DNA of 64,000 bases from Tubulanus polymorphus (taxonomy: Eukaryota > Animalia > Nemertea): the NCBI RefSeq assembly GCF_964204645.1, contig NC_134025.1, forward strand, positions 30,422,299-30,486,298, read 5' to 3'. The translations under genes and the position numbers were made by a program. The notes beneath the pieces are model-generated. The model was not told the origin of the DNA. It made no database searches and saw nothing but the letters and a program-made list of their open reading frames with translations. Positions 63,321-64,000 of this stretch are shown here, in pieces (position 1 is the first letter of the stretch; every line of letters starts with the position of its first letter).

Positions 63321-63535
63321 AGATACTGTGATCCATCACTCATAAATTCAGTGTATCCAGATACTGTGATCCATCACTCAAAAATCCAGTGTATCCAGAT
63401 ATTGTGATCCATCACTCAAAAATCCAGTGTATCCAGATATCACTCATAAATCCAGTGAATCCAGATACTGTGATTCATCACTCATAAATCCAGTGTATCC
63501 AGATACTGCGATCCATCACTCATAAATCCAGTGTA
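63321..63535 (-). repeat. 38-bp tandem array spanning the NAE1 stop codon, ~5.5 copies
   Basis: Minus-strand unit TACACTGGATTTATGAGTGATGGATCRCAGTATCTGGA; the first copy contains the last codons and the TGA. Confidence 0.92.
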
Positions 63536-64000
63536 CACGAAGTCTGTTTCATCGCGTTGTAAATGAATGTATTTTTGATGGGTATAAATTGTTCTGTAAC
63601 TATTTTGATAACTTCCTGAGCAGCGACTCCTCCGATGAAAGCGGCGACGGAATGTAACTCAGACGCTCCATAACGACAACTGAAAAACAGAATAAACAAA
63701 CTACACTCTGATCTACAGTTGATTGTGCAAGTATTGTGAACTCAATACTTACATTTCATGGATGTAATCATCTTTGATATTAGGAGGCAGTCCCCATTCC
63801 TGCAGTACCTTATATACACATGACTGCAAAAAATGATTTTAGAAAAATTCAAATAGAAAACGAAATATTTAACTGACACTAGGTCTGAACAAGAACGTGT
63901 TTTTCTTACCTTTAGATTAGAAACATCAGTTTCCACTTGATCCTCGTAGTAACCAGGATATCTGTTATATTCCACGTGGAATCTATCCACACCTCTCATT
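63520..64000 (-). CDS. NAE1: NEDD8-activating enzyme E1 regulatory subunit (APPBP1), 3' end
   Basis: Exons 63910->64000 ([16 protein letters not shown]), 63753-63823 (IKDDYIHE), 63520-63679 ([52 protein letters not shown]-stop). Confidence 0.93.

Overview
Eukaryotic, AT-rich, gene-dense window with short GT-AG introns, probably from a marine spiralian/lophotrochozoan invertebrate (inference only). Eight spliced genes can be assembled by hand: the 3' part of ANKIB1 (+), a ~25 kb voltage-gated calcium channel beta subunit gene (CACNB, -), SF3A3 (+), an uncharacterised signal peptide-JmjC-EF-hand-RDEL protein (-), CASC3/Barentsz (-), DNAJC22 (-), a J-domain-less RJL-family small GTPase (+) and the 3' end of NAE1 (-). 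There is no prokaryotic system, CRISPR array, rRNA or intact tRNA. Introns and UTRs hold many locally born minisatellites and short inverted-repeat elements. Most notable: (i) three tandem arrays whose unit straddles a functional gene boundary (an ANKIB1 splice acceptor x8, a CACNB splice donor x6, the NAE1 stop codon x~5); (ii) a set of candidate alternative CACNB first exons and HOOK-region exons, near TGCATG, CRE and X-box motifs; (iii) a TSD-flanked Penelope-type mini-element carrying a minimal hammerhead ribozyme fold; (iv) a predicted ER-luminal, Ca-binding JmjC oxygenase. All gene models are manual and lack transcript support.
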